Shown here piece by piece: positions 22,940-40,854 of a DNA stretch of 64,000 bases. The notes beneath the pieces are model-generated. The model was not told the origin of the DNA, did no database searches, and worked only from the letters and a program-made list of their open reading frames with translations. Position 1 is the first letter of the stretch, and each line of letters begins with the position of its first letter. Position numbers and translations under genes: made by a program. This DNA comes from the human T2T-CHM13v2.0 reference genome, Homo sapiens, in the NCBI RefSeq assembly GCF_009914755.1, contig NC_060929.1, one strand, 5' to 3'.

Positions 22940-22981
22940 TTAGCTGGGCATGGTGGCAGGTGCCTGTAGTCTCAGCTACTA

Positions 22982-23086
<105 letters not shown>

Positions 23087-23311
23087 TCAAAAAAAAAAAA
23101 AAAAAAAAAAAGTGGGAGGATCAATGTACTGCCAGTCCTAATGAAGTGGAATGATTGTCCCCATCAAATCACTAGTAGGAGTAAGTTGCAGAGCCTAGAA
23201 GGTGATGGTTAAGAGAGTGGGATTCTTGAAACTGCATTTATGGAGAGGTTGTGGTTATTGGTTATAATAAATAAATACAGTTGAAGTGAGTGAGTAGCTG
23301 AGATTTGGGGA

Positions 23312-23701
23312 TGTATCAGTTCATTCTTACACTGCTACAAAGACATACCTGAGACCAGGTATTTATAAAGATAAGAGGTTTAATCAGCTCACAGTTCTGC
23401 TGCCTGTACAGGCTTCTCTTGTGGAGGCCTAAGGAAACTTACAGTCATGGTGGAAGGTGAAGGGGAAACAAGCACAGTCTTCACATGGCCAGCAGGAGAG
23501 AGAGAGAAGGGGGAAGTGCTACATACTTTAAAACAACCAGATCTTGTGAGAACGCTTATCAGGAAACAGCACTTGGGGATGGTGCTAAATCATTAGAAAT
23601 CACCCCCATGATCCAGTCGCCTCCTACCATGCCCACCTCCAACACTGGGGATCACAATTCAGCATGAGATTTGGGTAGGAACACAGAGCTGCACCACATC
23701 A
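23312..23701 (-). mobile_element. MST-family MaLR solo LTR (SMN intron 1)
   Basis: TGTATCAGTTCATTCTTACACTGCTACAAAGACATACCTGAGAC...CCACATCA, with a near-TSD GGGGA/GAGGA. Confidence 0.8.
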
Positions 23702-23902
23702 GAGGATGTACAAGATTGTGGTGGAGAGGAGTTTAGAGACCTGCAAATATAGGGTAATTGAAGGGATCATCTACATGGATATTTAAATCACCAAAAATTA
23801 TGACAGGAGTAGTGTTGGAGAGAGAACTGCGATGTAAACATTAAGGAATGAGGAAGAGTGACTCGGTAGGCTGTAGGTGACTGCAATAGGAAACGATAAT
23901 AG

Positions 23903-24434
<532 letters not shown>

Positions 24435-26519
24435 TGATCCGCCCACCCCGGCCTCCCAAAGCGCTTGGGATTACAGGCGTGAGCCACCGCGCCAGCCAGA
24501 GCAGGGAAGATTTCTTCCCCACATCTCCAGTAGGTACAGTGATATGAAGTGTGTGGAGGAGAAAAGAGGAAACATCTATCATTTGAGATGGCTGCGAAAG
24601 GAAAAGGCATCCTCAGGGAGCTAGATTTTACTTAGAGCAAGAAATGAAGGGATGATTCAGAGGTTAAAGAGTGGATTTTATGAATTACTCAAGGGAGCAC
24701 AGTGGAAGTTTCAGGAAGTGGTAGGAGAAGGTAGAAGATGGCAGGGTGTTGGGAATAATTTGAGAAATCTGAGCTACTGGAAATGACTGAGAATCAGATA
24801 TAAAGGCAGTCCTGGTGGTCCGTTCTGGCTGCCGTTGCTGTGTAACGAATCTGCCAAAACTTAGTGGCTTGAAACAACAAAGAACATTTTATTATCTCTC
24901 ATTGTTTCTGTGGGTTAGGAATTTGTGAGAGCCGTGCTGGGCAGTTTTCGTGCGGCTGTCTCGTGGTTGCACCTACATAGTTGCTAGAGCTACAGTAGCT
25001 GGGGACTGAGCAGCTAGGGATTGGCAGGCTATCTCTTTTTTTCATGTAGTCTCATGAAGATTTCTTTATGTGGTTTCAATGTGTGGGCTGGTTTGGATTT
25101 CCTTATAGCATGGTGGCCTCAGTTGGATTGCTGTTTTGTGATCCTTTTCATCCCTCCTTGTCCTGTCCCCAGACAACCACTGATCTACTTTCTGTCACCA
25201 TAGATTAGCCTGCATTTTTAAGAATTTTTATAAACGTGGAATGATAGAGTACCTTTTTTGTCACGTTTCTTTTATTTATCATAGCTATTTTGATTTTCAT
25301 CCATTTTATTGCTGAGTAGTATCCCATTGCATGTATATACTATACTGTATTCATTCGCTTGCTTGTGAACATTTGGGCTTTTTCCAGTTTGGGACTGTTA
25401 ACAAGTAGAGCCACTATGAATATTAGTGTATAAGACTTCATATAGCCAAGGCTGGCAGATCGCTTGAGCCCAGGAGTTTGAGACCAGCCTGGGAAACATG
25501 GTGAAACCTCTATTTTTATTTTAAAATCAAAAATTAAAAATTTTCTATAAAAAATTTTAAAGAAGACTTTGTATAGACATACGCTTTCATTTTTCTTGAG
25601 TGAATACTTAGGTCTCAGGGTAGATGTATTTTAAGTCTTTAAGGAGCTGTCAAACTCTTCCTCAAAGTGGTGGTTGTACCATGTTACTTTTTAATACAAC
25701 AGAGATTAATTGAGCAAAGAAAAATTCAAAAGTTGGACAGCCCCCACAACTAAATAGGTTCAGAACAGCTCCCCCATTTTGCATTTTGACCAGCAATGTA
25801 TGAAAGTTCCATTTGCTCAGTGTCCCTGCAAACACCTGGTATGGTCAGTCTTTTTACTTTTAGGCATTATAATAGATATAGTGGCTTCTTGTGATTTTAA
25901 TTAGCATTTCCTAATGACCAGTGCTGCTGTTGATCATTTCATGAGTGTATTTGCCATCCGTATATCTTTTTTGGTGAAGTGTCTATTCAAATCATTTGGG
26001 TTTTTTTTTTGTTTGTTTTTGTTTTTTGGAGACAGTGTCTCACTCTGTCACCCAGGCTGTTGTGCAGTGGTGCAATCACACAGCCTACTGCAGCCTCCAC
26101 CTCCTGCGCTCAGTCTTCTTGTCTCAGCCTTCTGAGTAGCTGAAATTACGAGCACACGCCACAATGCCTGGCTAATTTTTTAAAATTTTGTAGAAACAAG
26201 GTCTCATTATGTTGCCTGGGCTTGTCGTGAACTCCTGGGCTCAAGCAATCTTCCTGCCTCAGCCTCCCAAAGATTGGGATTGCAAGTATGAGCCACTGCA
26301 CCCGGCCAACTTACCCATCTTTTAATTGAATTTTTTTGTTGTTGAGGTTTGAGAGTTCTTCATGTTTGCTGGGTACAATATCTTTATCAGATAGGTAACT
26401 TGCATGTATTTTCTCCCGGTTTACACTTTGGTTTTTCATTTTGTTAACAACGTCTTTTTAAGAACAGAAAATCTTAATTTTGCTGAAATCCAATTTTTCA
26501 GTTTTTTCTTTGATGGTTT

Positions 26520-27287
26520 TGAGAGAGGAGGTAAAAAAAGACTAGGTAAGCCGATAGTTAGACAGAGTCCTCGGTAGAACTTCCCTTCTAACAAAAAGCA
26601 GCCCAAGAAATCACTTCTCTTCTAACAAGGAGCAGCCTGGAAGATCGGGCTGTAAACATGTATAAGGAAGCAGCTCTGGCACAGAGGGGGAGCTTCCTGG
26701 GTAATCAGCAAGCTTCACATACGTAAGGTGGGTATGTGAAGTAAACACAGTATGTGAAGTAAACACAGTGGACCTTAGTACATACTCAGATAAGGAAGCT
26801 GGAAGCTTGCATGTTGTGAGTTGTTGGGGTTGCCTGCAGCTGCACGGAGAGAAAGGGGTACCTGGGGCCAGGCATGTCCACCATGGTGGCTCCACCTCCC
26901 CTTATTTAGCACATGCACAATAGGAAAGAGATAAGCAATGTGGAGTAGCTCAGGCCAAGGACCTGCCTGCATAATAAAAGGTTGGGGTGGGGGATGCCAG
27001 AGATTCACGCTCTGTGCAGATGGCAACACCTGGTCCTAACTGGTTTTTTGCTCCCTATGTGTAGATAAGCTACCCCCTTCCCATTAGCTCATTTATAAAA
27101 ATGCTTGCATTTCACTGTGGAATGGGAACTCTTTTCAGGACCTCTCTCTGCAGGAGAGAGCTAGTCTCTTTCTTTTGCCTATTAAACTTCTGCTCTAGCC
27201 TCACACCCTTGGTGTGTCAGCGTCCTTGATTTCCTCAGCGTGAGACCAAGAACCTCGGGTGCCACCCCAGGCAACAAGGCCATTTCA
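26520..27287 (+). mobile_element. ERV1-class solo LTR, MER50-like
   Basis: TGAGAGAGGAG...GGCCATTTCA termini with a 4-bp TSD GTTT (26516-26519, 27288-27291). Internal TATAAAA near 27094 and ATTAAA at 27181. Family name is from recall. Confidence 0.78.
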
Positions 27288-27643
27288 GTTTGTTCTTTTG
27301 TTATAGGCAATCCATGATCACAGATTTTTCTCTCTTTTTTTTTTTTACACAGTTTAGAGTTTTAGTTTTACACTTAGGTCTGTAATCCATTTTGTATTAA
27401 TTCTTATATGTGGCTCAGTGTAGGTGGAAATTTGGTTTGTTTTTGCATAAGGATTTCCAATAGTTTTACCACCATTTCTTGAAACTACTATGCTTTCTCT
27501 ATTAAACCACATTTGTAACTTTAGTTAAAATCAGTCACATATATCACAGGGCTATTTCTGACTCTCAATTCTGTTACATTGTCTATTAGTGTATATTGAT
27601 GTCAGTACTACACTTTTAATTACTATTGCTTCAGGGTATGTCT

Positions 27644-28252
27644 TGTAAACCAAAAATAAAATTATAGGCCCCCCCCGCCCCTGCACAACCAACTGAATGG
27701 ACCCATCCTCTCAGCCAAGGGCATTCCAAAATTAACCTGAAAAACTAGTTCAAGCCATGATGGGAAGGGGGAGTTGGACATGTCTCATCACACCCTACTA
27801 CCTTTTGGAATTACTGATAGAACAGACTCTTAAAGTCTGAAAAGAAACATTTACAACCTACCCTCTCTGAAGCCTGCTACCTGGGAGCTTCATCTGCATG
27901 ATAAAACCTTGGTCTCCACAACCCCTTATGGTAACCCAAACATTCCTTTCTGTTGATAATAACTCTTTCAACTAGTTGCCAATTAGAAAATCTTTAAATC
28001 TTCCTATGACCTAGAAACCTCCCTACCCCCACTTTGAGTTGTCCTGCCTTTCCTGACAGAACTCATGTACATCTTACATATATTGATTGATGCCTCATGT
28101 CTCCCTAAAATGTATAAAACAAAGCTGTACCCCACCACCTTGGGGACATGTCATCAGGACCTCCTGTGGCTGTGTCATAGGAGCGTCTTTAACTTTGGCA
28201 AAATAAACTTTCTAAATTGATTGAAACCTGTCTTAGCTACTTCTGGTTTACA
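27644..28252 (+). mobile_element. ERV1-class solo LTR, MER4 family
   Basis: TGTAAACCAAAAATAAAATT...TTCTGGTTTACA termini with a 4-bp TSD GTCT (27640-27643, 28253-28256). AATAAA at about 28202. Confidence 0.85.
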
Positions 28253-28345
28253 GTCTTAAAGTTAGATAATGTAAATTGTCCAGCTTTGGTTTATTTTTGT
28301 CCTTAGTAGTTCCATATAAATTTTAGAATCAGCTTTTCAATTTAA

Positions 28346-28794
<449 letters not shown>

Positions 28795-29470
28795 TAGTGA
28801 GTACGGTATTCTTCTACATTTTAGACTTTTCTTAGTCTTGCTACTTCAAGGACAGCTAGGCTGCATATAAAATTCTTGGCTCATACTTTTTCCCCATAAA
28901 TTTCTATGAGAAAGTCTAATGATAACTGATTTTCTTTATTTTGTAACTTAGTCTTTTTGCTTAGAGGCTCTCTGAGGATGGGAGGGGGTTCTTCCTCCCA
29001 TCCCTAGGAATTTTTCTTTTTTTTAAATTCCTAATCACTAGACCACCAGGAAGATTGTTTGTTTTGTTTTGTTTTTATTCTTCAGGGACCCCATTTATAC
29101 ATACGTTAAATAAATACTGTTTGCCAATGTATCAACCATTTTGCTTCTTATTTATTTTTGTTCCTTTGGTTCTTTTTCATGGCTTTGCTTTGGTGCTCCT
29201 TAGATTTTCAGTCAGATGTATTTGTCCTTGGGTACCTTGTAATCAGTATTACCTTTTCTTCTGTCGCTTTGTTTTCTGTTCGTTTTGAAATTACTTGTTT
29301 CCTGGTCTGGCAATAACAGTTGAGATATGAGGAGTTTGAGCTGCCATCTGTCTGTGTATCTTGCTTTAAGACTGCACTCTTCTATTGATATCACTGGCCT
29401 TGATTTTGTGATTTCTTTATTTCTTCAGGACCACCCTTCATTTTCTACTGTTTGCTTCCTTTTTTTTTGA

Positions 29471-29671
<201 letters not shown>

Positions 29672-30019
29672 TGATGTCAAGTGATCCACCCACCCCACCC
29701 ACCTCTGCATCCCAAAGTGCTGGGATTACAGGAATGAGCTGCCGTGCCCAGCCTCCCCCCTACCCCCCTTTTTTTCTTTCGAGACAGAGATTATAGGTGT
29801 GAGCCACTGGACCCAGCCTGTTTTTATTCCTTTTACCAAATCTCCAAGGAATATCTTCCCTTCCAAGTGCGAATGTAACCTTAAGTCAGTTAACCTCTTT
29901 GTGATTACTTTTCTTATCTGCAAAGTGACTTAATGATCTTAAGTACTTTTTTTTTTTGAGACAGGGTCTCACTGTCACCCTGGCTGGAGTGCAGTGGCAC
30001 GAACTCTGATCTCCACTCA

Positions 30020-30535
<516 letters not shown>

Positions 30536-30926
30536 TCAAGAGAAAACAAAACAAAACAAAAAAAAAACAGGAAAATGACAAAAAGTAATATTACAACTCA
30601 GTGAATTTTATAACAAACTTTTTTGGAATTCATTGACTAATACTATACCAAATCCAAAATACTCTCTAGTATACCAAATCCAACTCTACCCTATAGTATA
30701 AATTGGATTCTATTTGGACTTGTCTCACTAATCCCTCATACAGTGTGTTTTATTTTTTATTGAAGTAAAAAAATTTGTCATTTTAACCATTTTTAAGTAT
30801 ATAGTTCAGTAATATTAAGTATGTTCATGTTGTTGCGCAATAGATCTTCGGAAGTTTTTCGTCTTGCAACCTGAAACTCTACCCATTAGCAAATTCCCAT
30901 TTCTCCTTACACTTAGCCCTTGGTAA

Positions 30927-31265
<339 letters not shown>

Positions 31266-31285
31266 TAGTTACCTTACATAAATAA

Positions 31286-31762
<477 letters not shown>

Positions 31763-32119
31763 TAAGTTTTGTAGTTTTAGTAGAGATGGGGTTTCACCTT
31801 GTTGGCCATGCTGGTCTCGAACTCCTGACCTCGTGATCTGCCTGCTTCTGCCTCCCAAAGTGCTGGAATTACAGGCATGAGCCACCACGCCCGGCCAAAA
31901 TTTTTGTATTTTTAGTAGACACAAGGTTCTTACCCTGTTGCCTAGGCTGGTCTGGAAGTCCTGGACTCAAGCAATTCACCTGCCTTGGCCTCCCAAAATG
32001 CTGGGATTACAAGCCACCATGCCCGGCCTAAATCCTGTTGTTTTGTTTTGTTTTATTTTGTTTTGTTTTGTTTTGTTTGTTTTTTGAGACAGAGTCTCGC
32101 TATGTCTCTCAGGCTGTAG

Positions 32120-32302
<183 letters not shown>

Positions 32303-33012
32303 TGATCCACCCACCTCGGCCACCCAAAGTGCTGGGATTACAGGCGTGAGTGGTTTTTATTTCTTAGGCCGGTTTCCTCCATATGATCTTGCAGTAGACA
32401 TTAATTTCTTTCCTTTTTAATTAAAATACTGTTTGTATTTCACATTTTGATGTTTGTTAAGATTTGTTTTATATTGTTTTTTGTTTTGTCTTGTGTGATA
32501 GTCTTAAATCCCTAGTTAGATAATAACTGGAGAGTACCATGTTTCTATATATCTCTCAGTGACTTGCACAGTGCTAGCAGATAGTGCTAAAAAATTATTT
32601 ATTATTATTATTATTTTGTTATTGTTGTTGTTGTTGTTAGACAGGGTCTTCCTCTGTCACCCAGGCTAGAGGGCAATGGGATGATCATAGCTTACTGCAG
32701 CCTCCAACAACTGGGCTCATGTAATTCTCCTGCCTCAGCTTCCCAAGTAGCTGGGATTACAGGCATGAGCCACCATGTCTGGACAAAAATATTTCCAGGT
32801 GCAGTGGCTCATGCCTGTAATTCCCACACTTGGGAGGCCGAGCGAGGCTGGAGGATCACTTGAGCCTAGGAGTTCAAGACCAGCTTGGCTAAGATGGCGA
32901 GACCCCGTCCCTACAAAAAATTTTAAAAACTAGCCAGGCATGGTGGCATGCACCTATATTCCCAACTACTCAGTGGGCTGAGGTGGGAGGGTCGTTTGAA
33001 CACAGGAATTTG

Positions 33013-33162
33013 AGGGGAGAAAAAAAGAAGAGAGAAAGAGAAGTGAAGGAAGGAAGAAAGGAAGGAGGGAGGGAGAGAAGAAAGAAACGAAAGAAAGGAA
33101 AAGAAAAGGAAGGAAAGAAAATTGGTACCAGGAAAGCAGGAAAGGGAAATGGAAGTAAAAAA
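33013..33162. repeat. Polypurine low-complexity tract (GAAA/GGAA-rich)
   Basis: Almost purely A/G on the + strand over about 110 nt, with a purine-rich continuation. Confidence 0.8.
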
Positions 33163-33630
33163 ATAATAATAATAATAAAATGAAAATTGGTTAGTCACTA
33201 TTAACAATTTGTATCCTTATAATCTGGAAACATTATAATTTCAAAAGAAAAAATATTCTTTGGATCATAGGTTCTGAGGTCAGAACAGCATTCCCGTAGT
33301 CTAGATGAAGTCAAGTTTTATCTGATCTTAATTGAAATAAATATAGCTGGCCTTGAACAAATCTACTCATGGTATGTGGATAGGAATTAAATTGTAGGGG
33401 CATTCACTTGATGGCATTCATTCTTAGAACATTTACCTATGTCTAGCTTTTGGAGTAAAGTCACATAACCTCTAACCAGGTAAGTTTCCTGTGGCTTTAT
33501 TTAGGATTTTAAATACTCATTTTCAGTGTAATTTTGTTATGTGTGGATTAAGATGACTCTTGGTACTAACATACATTTTCTGATTAAACCTATCTGAACA
33601 TGAGTTGTTTTTATTTCTTACCCTTTCCAG

Positions 33631-33702
33631 AGCGATGATTCTGACATTTGGGATGATACAGCACTGATAAAAGCATATGATAAAGCTGTGGCTTCATTTA
33701 AG
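33631..33702 (+). CDS. SMN1: SMN exon 2a (72 nt)
   Basis: ttccAG|AGC GAT GAT... = [24 protein letters not shown]|GTATGA (Gemin2-binding helix). Confidence 0.99.
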
Positions 33703-33905
33703 GTATGAAATGCTTGCTTAGTCGTTTTCTTATTTTCTCGTTATTCATTTGGAAAGGAATTGATAACATACGATAAAGTGTTAAAGTACATGTTATTCAG
33801 TTTTCATTTTGAAGATTAGATGGTAGTATGAGTTAGTTAAATCAGGTGATATCCTCCTTTAGAAGTTGATAGCCTATATATGTCATCCTTTGTGGAGGCA
33901 ATTTA

Positions 33906-34232
<327 letters not shown>

Positions 34233-34616
34233 TTAGTATTTTTACATTGTATCAAACTATGGAAGTCCTCTAATTGAGATTAATAAGAAAAAGACAATCT
34301 GAATTATAATTTTAAACATTTAACAAGCATGTAGTAAAATAATGATGAAGATAAATAGCATTAGTACAGCAATTAATATTTGTAGCATGCTGACAGTGCT
34401 CTGTGTGCGTTTCATATATTAAATTACTCTAATCATCCCAAATCCTGTAAGTTGGGTATCAATTCAAGTGTTCCTATTGGGTAGGAATATACAGTTCTTT
34501 TAGGAAATGTAGTATGGTTCTGTGTCTCAAACAGGACACTTACACAGTTGGCCAACATCATCACCTTCTCCATTCTCTGAGATGTTTAGTCTTACTGAGC
34601 ACTAAATATGGGTCAT

Positions 34617-34668
34617 CAATAGTCCAGACTACCTTGAGCAAACAATAGTCCAGACTACCTTGAGCAAA
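34617..34668. repeat. Perfect 26-bp tandem duplication
   Basis: CAATAGTCCAGACTACCTTGAGCAAA occurs twice in direct tandem. Confidence 0.9.
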
Positions 34669-35290
34669 CAGAGCATATACTCATACAGTGTATAAAGAGC
34701 ACCAAGCATACAGATTTCATGTCTTTCTCATAGTTACTCTTGTAACATGAGCTAAAGATCAGACCTCTATGTCACCTTTGTAACTGATTTCTAGATTTTT
34801 TTTTTTTTTTGAGATGGGGTCTTGCCCTGTCACCCAGGCTGGAGTGTAGTGGCGTGATCATGCCTCATTGGAGCCTTCAACTCATGAGCTCAAACAATCC
34901 TCCTACCTCAGCTTCCTGAGTAGTTGGGACCACAGGTGTGTGCCACCACACCCAGCTCATTTTTGTATTCTTTGTAGAGATGCAGTCTCACCCTGTTGCC
35001 CACGCTGGCCTGGAACTCCTGAGCTCAAAAGATCCCTCCGCCTTGACCTTCCAAAGTGCTGGGATTACAAGCATGAACCACTGCACCCGGCCTAGATTTT
35101 TAAATGTGCTTTCCAGTATACACTGAAACTACAAGTCGACTAAAGAATTACCAAGAGAATTCTATAAAATAGAGATTGAAATGGGGCTCGATGTGGGATG
35201 GGTTGGTGATATTGCAGGGAGAAGTAATCTGAGTAAAGGAGGAAAAGAACTGATTTGGGAAAACGATAGTTTTAGTAGTGAGTTTGAGTA

Positions 35291-35372
35291 TGAATTAAGT
35301 TGAGATTGAATTTGAATTAAGTTGAGGTTGAATATGAATTAAGTTGAGGTTGAGTTTGAGGTATGAATTAAG
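35291..35372. repeat. Short 22-bp-unit minisatellite, about 3.5 copies
   Basis: TGAATTAAGTTGAGRTTGARTW units at 35291, 35313 and 35335, plus a partial copy at about 35364. Confidence 0.85.
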
Positions 35373-35548
35373 ATGTGAAATTGATCATTGGAAATGTTAG
35401 ATTGAGAAAAGTCACAGCTGGATTAATAGCTTCAGAAGTGTGTTTGCAGACAGTTGCAACTAAAGTAATAAGAATAGATGGCCTTGGCCGGGCGCGGTGG
35501 CTCACGCCTGTAATCCCAGTACTTTGGGAGGCTGAGGCGAGCAAATCA

Positions 35549-35878
<330 letters not shown>

Positions 35879-36180
35879 CTACATTGCTATGACATCCAAA
35901 GGGCCATGAATATCAGGAAGAAAGATAATTAACAGGGTCTAATGTTACAGAGAGGTTGAGAGCAAGGAGATTTGATTAAAAGGGTCTTTAGAGCTGATGT
36001 CAGGTGTATGATGCCTTTAAGAGCAGTTTTTATAGTGCAGGGGGTGGTCAAAAGAGAAAATAGGTGCTTTCTGAGGTGACGGAGCCTTGAGACTAGCTTA
36101 TAGTAGTAACTGGGTTATGTCGTGACTTTTATTCTGTGCACCACCCTGTAACATGTACATTTTTATTCCTATTTTCGTAG

Positions 36181-36300
36181 CATGCTCTAAAGAATGGTGA
36201 CATTTGTGAAACTTCGGGTAAACCAAAAACCACACCTAAAAGAAAACCTGCTAAGAAGAATAAAAGCCAAAAGAAGAATACTGCAGCTTCCTTACAACAG
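36181..36300 (+). CDS. SMN1: SMN exon 2b (120 nt)
   Basis: cgtAG|CAT GCT CTA... = [40 protein letters not shown]|GTTATT. Confidence 0.99.
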
Positions 36301-37149
36301 GTTATTTTAAAATGTTGAGATTTAACTTCAAAGGATGTCTCATTAGTCCTTATTTAATAGTGTAAAATGTCTTTAACTTAAGTGATTAGTACAGTGTTTC
36401 TATTGACATATACTTATACAACTTCAAAAACAACTATTAAATTTTCTGTTATTTAGGAACATGCATATTAGTCATGAAAGTATAAAGAATTAGATGGGAA
36501 TGATAAATGCTAAAATCAGGACATGTGTTCCATTTGTGAATGGAAGGCAGGGAGAAGGTGCCGTTTGGAAGGAGTACCCAAGAGCCGTAAGCTGAATTGG
36601 CAGTGTTTTACATCTTAAGCTGAGAGATAGATTTTTTTTTCCCCTTTTTCTTTAAAAACTCTAAAACTGTTAATTCCAAGGAACCCAGAAGTCTAGGTAG
36701 ATTATTTCTGCTAGTTAAAAGCAGTAGTCCTGAAAGCTGAATATTTTGGTGTCTTTTGAGCCAACTTTAGTTTCATCATTACCAAGGGGGAAGAGAGCCA
36801 ACAGTTGATGAGCACTTGCTCTAGGCCAGTCCAGAGTGCTGGGCACCATACGCATTTTATCTCCCTCCCGCTATTCACAACAAATATGGGAGGTAGTTTA
36901 TATTATAGCCATCTAATAAGATGGGGAAACTAAGACTCAAAGAGATTCAGAAACTTGTCCATGATTATAAATGTAAGAGAGTTGGAATTCAGATTTATGT
37001 ATTTAGACCCCAAGCCTTTCTCATTACATCATTTTGCCTTCCAAATCTCTACCCTCTATCCTTCACCTCCCCACTGATCAAAACGAGATGATAGTTTGCC
37101 CTCTTCAAAAGAAATGTGTGCATGTATATATCTTTGATTTCTTTTGTAG

Positions 37150-37395
<246 letters not shown>

Positions 37396-37509
37396 TAGAT
37401 GAGAAACTGTTAAACAGTATACACAGTTGTCAGTTTGATCCACCGAGGCATTAATTTTTTCTTAATCACACCCTTATAACAAAAACCTGCATATTTTTTC
37501 TTTTTAAAG

Positions 37510-37662
37510 AATGAAAATGAAAGCCAAGTTTCAACAGATGAAAGTGAGAACTCCAGGTCTCCTGGAAATAAATCAGATAACATCAAGCCCAAATCTGCTC
37601 CATGGAACTCTTTTCTCCCTCCACCACCCCCCATGCCAGGGCCAAGACTGGGACCAGGAAAG
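37510..37662 (+). CDS. SMN1: SMN exon 4 (153 nt)
   Basis: taaAG|AAT GAA AAT... = [51 protein letters not shown]|GTAAAC. Confidence 0.99.
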
Positions 37663-38071
37663 GTAAACCTTCTATGAAAGTTTTCCAGAAAATAGTTAAT
37701 GTCGGGACATTTAACCTCTCTGTTAACTAATTTGTAGCTCTCCCATGAAACTTTTGTAGCTTAAATACACAAGAATTTTTTGAAAAGGAAATAAGATAAT
37801 GATGCAAAATAGTTAATTTTTTAAAAAAATGTTAGACACTGCAGTGGATGCAACAAAATACTTTATATGAAAGATTTATCCAGTTAACTTTTGTGGAGTA
37901 TTAGGTATTAGACTAATAATTAGCACACTTACTTAAGTTAGAAAGTATAATAATGCGCCGGACGCGGTAGCTCACGCCTGTAATCCCAGCACTTTGGGAG
38001 GCCAAGGTGGGCGGATCACAAGGTCAGGAGATCGAGACCATCCTGGCTAACACGGTGAAACCCCATCTCTA

Positions 38072-38317
<246 letters not shown>

Positions 38318-38493
38318 TCACCTGTATAAGATATGTAAAATAAGAACACATTATTTACATCTAATATAGATAAAATCCTGAGGCGCTCTCAGATTGTTTT
38401 GTAGAGTTCAAATGTAAATATTGTTTTCATTTATGGTCCTTTTGGTTATAAGTAACAGAAATCAACTCTAAAAAGATTTTTATTATAGGTTAG

Positions 38494-38757
<264 letters not shown>

Positions 38758-39448
38758 TAGTAGAGATGGGGTTTCACCATGTTGGCCAGGCTGGTCTTGA
38801 ACTCCTGACCTCAAGTGATCTCCCCACCTTGGCCTTCCAAAGTGCTAGGATTACAGGCGCCTAGCCTAGGCAGTCATTTTCAAAAAACAAGCATGACTCA
38901 CCAAAAGTTTTAAGATTTTCTGTGATAATGTTCTTATTGAGGCTTACATTATATTACAGTTTCTTGAATCTAAAATGATGTACCCTCTTAGGATATATAC
39001 ATCATGCTTCATTGGTCTCAGGGGGCTGATTTTTATAAGGAGAGATTTGCTAGTTTTCACAATATGTCCTCTAAGTTGGCATGTATAGCTAAACAGGCTT
39101 TCATAAAAATATACAATTTAGTTAATGAAATTTGGGATATAGTCTTTTATGATTGAAATAATTTTGCTAAATAGACTGTCTCTGATTTATTAGGTAATCA
39201 CCACTCTTATTTTGTTTTACTTCCTTAATGTCTACATAGAAAGGAAATGAGAAAAATCCAGAGGTTGTCATTTGACTTATGAGTCTGTTTGACTTCAGGA
39301 TTTGGTACATGAAATTTCACTTAATCTTTTTGATATGTATAAAACAAATATTCTGGGTAATTATTTTTATCCTTTTGGTTTTGAGTCCTTTTTATTCCTA
39401 TCATATTGAAATTGGTAAGTTAATTTTCCTTTGAAATATTCCTTATAG

Positions 39449-39544
39449 CCAGGTCTAAAATTCAATGGCCCACCACCGCCACCGCCACCACCACCACCCC
39501 ACTTACTATCATGCTGGCTGCCTCCATTTCCTTCTGGACCACCA
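39449..39544 (+). CDS. SMN1: SMN exon 5 (96 nt, polyproline)
   Basis: tatAG|CCA GGT CTA... = [32 protein letters not shown]|GTAAGT. Confidence 0.99.
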
Positions 39545-39886
39545 GTAAGTAAAAAAGAGTATAGGTTAGATTTTGCTTTCACATACAATTTGATAATTAG
39601 CACAATAGAGGATTGTAAAATGTCATTGTAGAACATCCCTTGGGCCAGATTCTAATGGGTAGAAATTTGAACTAAACCTCTGGGTTTTGTTTGTTTTTAA
39701 TGCCTTTCTGTTACCCAGATGCAGTGCTCTTGTAGTCCCAAGTCTAAGCTCTAGGTTGCCTTCTTTCCTGGCAGAAGTTGGTGTCTATGCCATAAGGAGG
39801 TAGTTCCTGTTAGAAGGGATTTAATTATACCTTATATAAGGAATTAGTGTTTGCCCTTCTAGGTATAGTTGGATGTTAGCTTCTGA

Positions 39887-40129
<243 letters not shown>

Positions 40130-40362
40130 TGATCTTGAACTCCTGACCTCAGGTGATCCACCCGCCTTGGCCTCCCAAAGCGCTGGGATTACAGGCGTGA
40201 GCTGCCGCACCCAGCTGTAAACTGGATTTCTAATGGTAGATTTTTAGGTATTAACAATAGATAAAAAGATACTTTTTGGCATACTGTGTATTGGGATGGG
40301 GTTAGAACAGGTGTTCTACCCAAGACATTTACTTAAAATCGCCCTCGAAATGCTATGTGAGC

Positions 40363-40388
40363 TGTGTGTGTGTGTGTGTGTGTGTGTG
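40363..40388. repeat. (TG)13 microsatellite, intron 5
   Basis: Counted directly. Confidence 0.9.
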
Positions 40389-40854
40389 TATTAAGGAAAA
40401 GCATGAAAGTATTTATGCTTGATTTTTTTTTTTTACTCATAGCTTCATAGTGGAACAGATACATAGTCTAAATCAAAATGTTTAAACTTTTTATGTCACT
40501 TGCTGTCTTTTCGTCCTCGTTAAATTTAATTTTGTTGGTCTTTTGTTGTTATTGGTTGGTTTTCTCCAAATGCTAGCTATGTTAAGAAATTTAAGGCCAG
40601 GTACAGTGGCTCATGCCTGTAATCCCGGCATTTTAGAAGGCTGAGGCAGGAGGATCACTTGAGCTCAGGAGTTTGAGACCAGTCTGGGCAACATAGCAAG
40701 ACCTCGTCTTTGTTTAGGGGAAAAAAAAGAAATTTAAGTAGGAGATTATATAAGCAAAAATACAATTAATTTCCAGCATTCACTATATAATATAAATCTC
40801 CAGACTTTACTTTTTTGTTTACTGGATATAAACAATATCTTTTTCTGTCTCCAG

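Noticed and set aside
35291-35372. Regularly spaced short repeats resembling a CRISPR array
   Set aside because: Units are head-to-tail with no unique spacers, there are no cas genes, and the DNA is human.
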